Origin: Octopus vulgaris
Lineage: Eukaryota
DNA length: 64,000 nucleotides
Direction: 5' to 3'
Assembly (NCBI GenBank): GCA_951406725.2
Contig: OX597830.1
Span: 18,724,001-18,788,000 of the forward strand
The translations under genes and the position numbers were made by a program. Below, one piece after another: positions 62,667 to 64,000 of this stretch. The stretch's first letter is position 1. Every line of letters starts with the position of its first letter. A model generated the notes under the pieces. That model was not told where the DNA came from and made no database searches. It saw nothing but the letters and a program-made list of their open reading frames with translations.

Positions 62667-64000
62667 CAGTGGGGGGGGGGGGGGGGAATAAATATTCGTA
62701 CATGTCAAAATTCTTTATTTAATTTCTAATGAACATAATTGGGATATACCAATACTATATTTGCATACACATGCATAAACTAAGAATATGCAAAAGAAAT
62801 TGAATTATAGTAACTAAGGAATTTATATACAATTATAAATATTTAGGGGTGAAAAAAATATTCGTACAGAATAAATTTATGATTTTCTATGCCACAAAAT
62901 ACTGTTAAAATAATTTTTTTTTACTAGGAATTTCTCGTTTGTTCCAATAATCTTATCAGTTGTCATTTTTAAGTGTCCAAACACTAGCTTCTTCATTCAG
63001 CATTGAGACAACATAAAGTAGTATCGTAATAATGGCGAAAAGTAAAGAACTCACAAATTCAGTGAAAAACTTAATTATTGAACAGTGGAAAGCAGGTAAA
63101 AGTTACAGGAAAATATCAGAGACCCTTTGTATTCCATTTTCTACCATATCTTCATTTATTCAAAGATATAAAAAAATTAGGAACAGTTGAAAACAGAATA
63201 AGATCCGGTGCACCATGCAAGATTTCCCCTAGATCTTTAAGAAAAATGAAGCAAAGAATCAGAAAAAAACGCAATGATCACCAGAAAGGAGTTGCAAGAA
63301 GATTTGTTAGCTTCAGGGACTAGTGTTACACTACGAACAATCAGCAATGAACTTCATAAGAATGAACTGAAATCACGCTCTCCTAGAAAATCTCTGCTGT
63401 TGACTAAAAGGCATAGAGATGCCCGTTTAAAATTTGCTTATGAACATAAAGATAAATCTGATACATTCTGGGAAAATGTTCTATGGACAGATGAGTCAAA
63501 AATGGAATTGTTTGGAGCCATGTTCGGAAGAAAGATGGTACCGCCTATTCACCAAAAAACACAATTCCTACTGTAAAGTTTGGAGGTGGCAACATCATGG
63601 TGTGGGGGTGTTTCTCTGCAAATGGTACTGGCAATTTACATGTGATAGATGGTAGAATGAATGCAGAGAGGTACCAAAATATTTTGAACAATGATTTATG
63701 GGACTCTGTAGAAAAACTCCAGCTTTGTGAAGGGTGGGTTTTACAACAGGATAATGATCCTAAGCACACAGCGAAGTCTATCAAAAAATGGACTGTCGAT
63801 CACAATATAAAATTATTAGAATGGCCAAGCCAGTCATCTGACTTGAACCCCATTGAAAATTTGTGGCATTATTTGAAAATTAAAATTCATTCAAGAGCCC
63901 CAACATGCATTGCAGATTTGAAGAAAATTTGTCAAGAAGAATGGGAAAAAATTCCTAAAGAAACATGCAAGTCATTGATTAAGAACTACAAGAAGAGATT
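62667..64000 (+). mobile_element. Tc1 (DD34E) DNA transposon with IR/DR-type left end; runs off the window
   Basis: TA-CAGTG terminus; aaatattcgtaca repeated at ~62689 and ~62856; transposase from ATG 63032. Confidence 0.9.
63032..64000 (+). pseudogene. Frameshifted Tc1 transposase
   Basis: MAKSKELT...GKSYRKIS, SGAPCKIS, VLWTDESKMELFG, TVKFGGGNIMVWGCF, QQDNDPKH...WPSQSSDLNPIENLW (34 residues between D and E); several frameshifts. Confidence 0.9.

Overview
AT-rich, repeat-dense eukaryotic DNA. The SINE repertoire and microsatellites suggest an Octopus (coleoid cephalopod) genome; this is inferred, not database-checked. The window holds one protein-coding gene on the + strand, a Gli/Cubitus interruptus Hedgehog-pathway transcription factor. 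I traced 16 coding exons from 3028 to the stop at 42766, all with AG/GT boundaries and consistent phases (about 1,560 codons; the first coding exon lies upstream of the window). The protein carries the SUFU-binding SYGHL motif, five C2H2 fingers, a PKA RRxS cluster and the conserved C-terminal helix. Introns and the downstream region are packed with tRNA-derived SINEs, hAT, Tc1/mariner, piggyBac-like and Helitron non-autonomous elements, R4/Dong, RTE and CR1 LINE remnants, and a decayed DD34E Tc1 at the right edge. The most notable signal is a set of mutually unrelated short fold-back insertions, many in TA microsatellite, that carry type I minimal hammerhead-ribozyme motifs. One couples a tRNA-derived Pol III head to a hammerhead and is arranged as a head-to-head palindrome (35723-36180). 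Also notable are SINE concatemers sharing one exact junction, a repeated H-type pseudoknot module, and a possible ~16 kb 3' UTR. Most short ORFs in the track are repeat or microsatellite artefacts.
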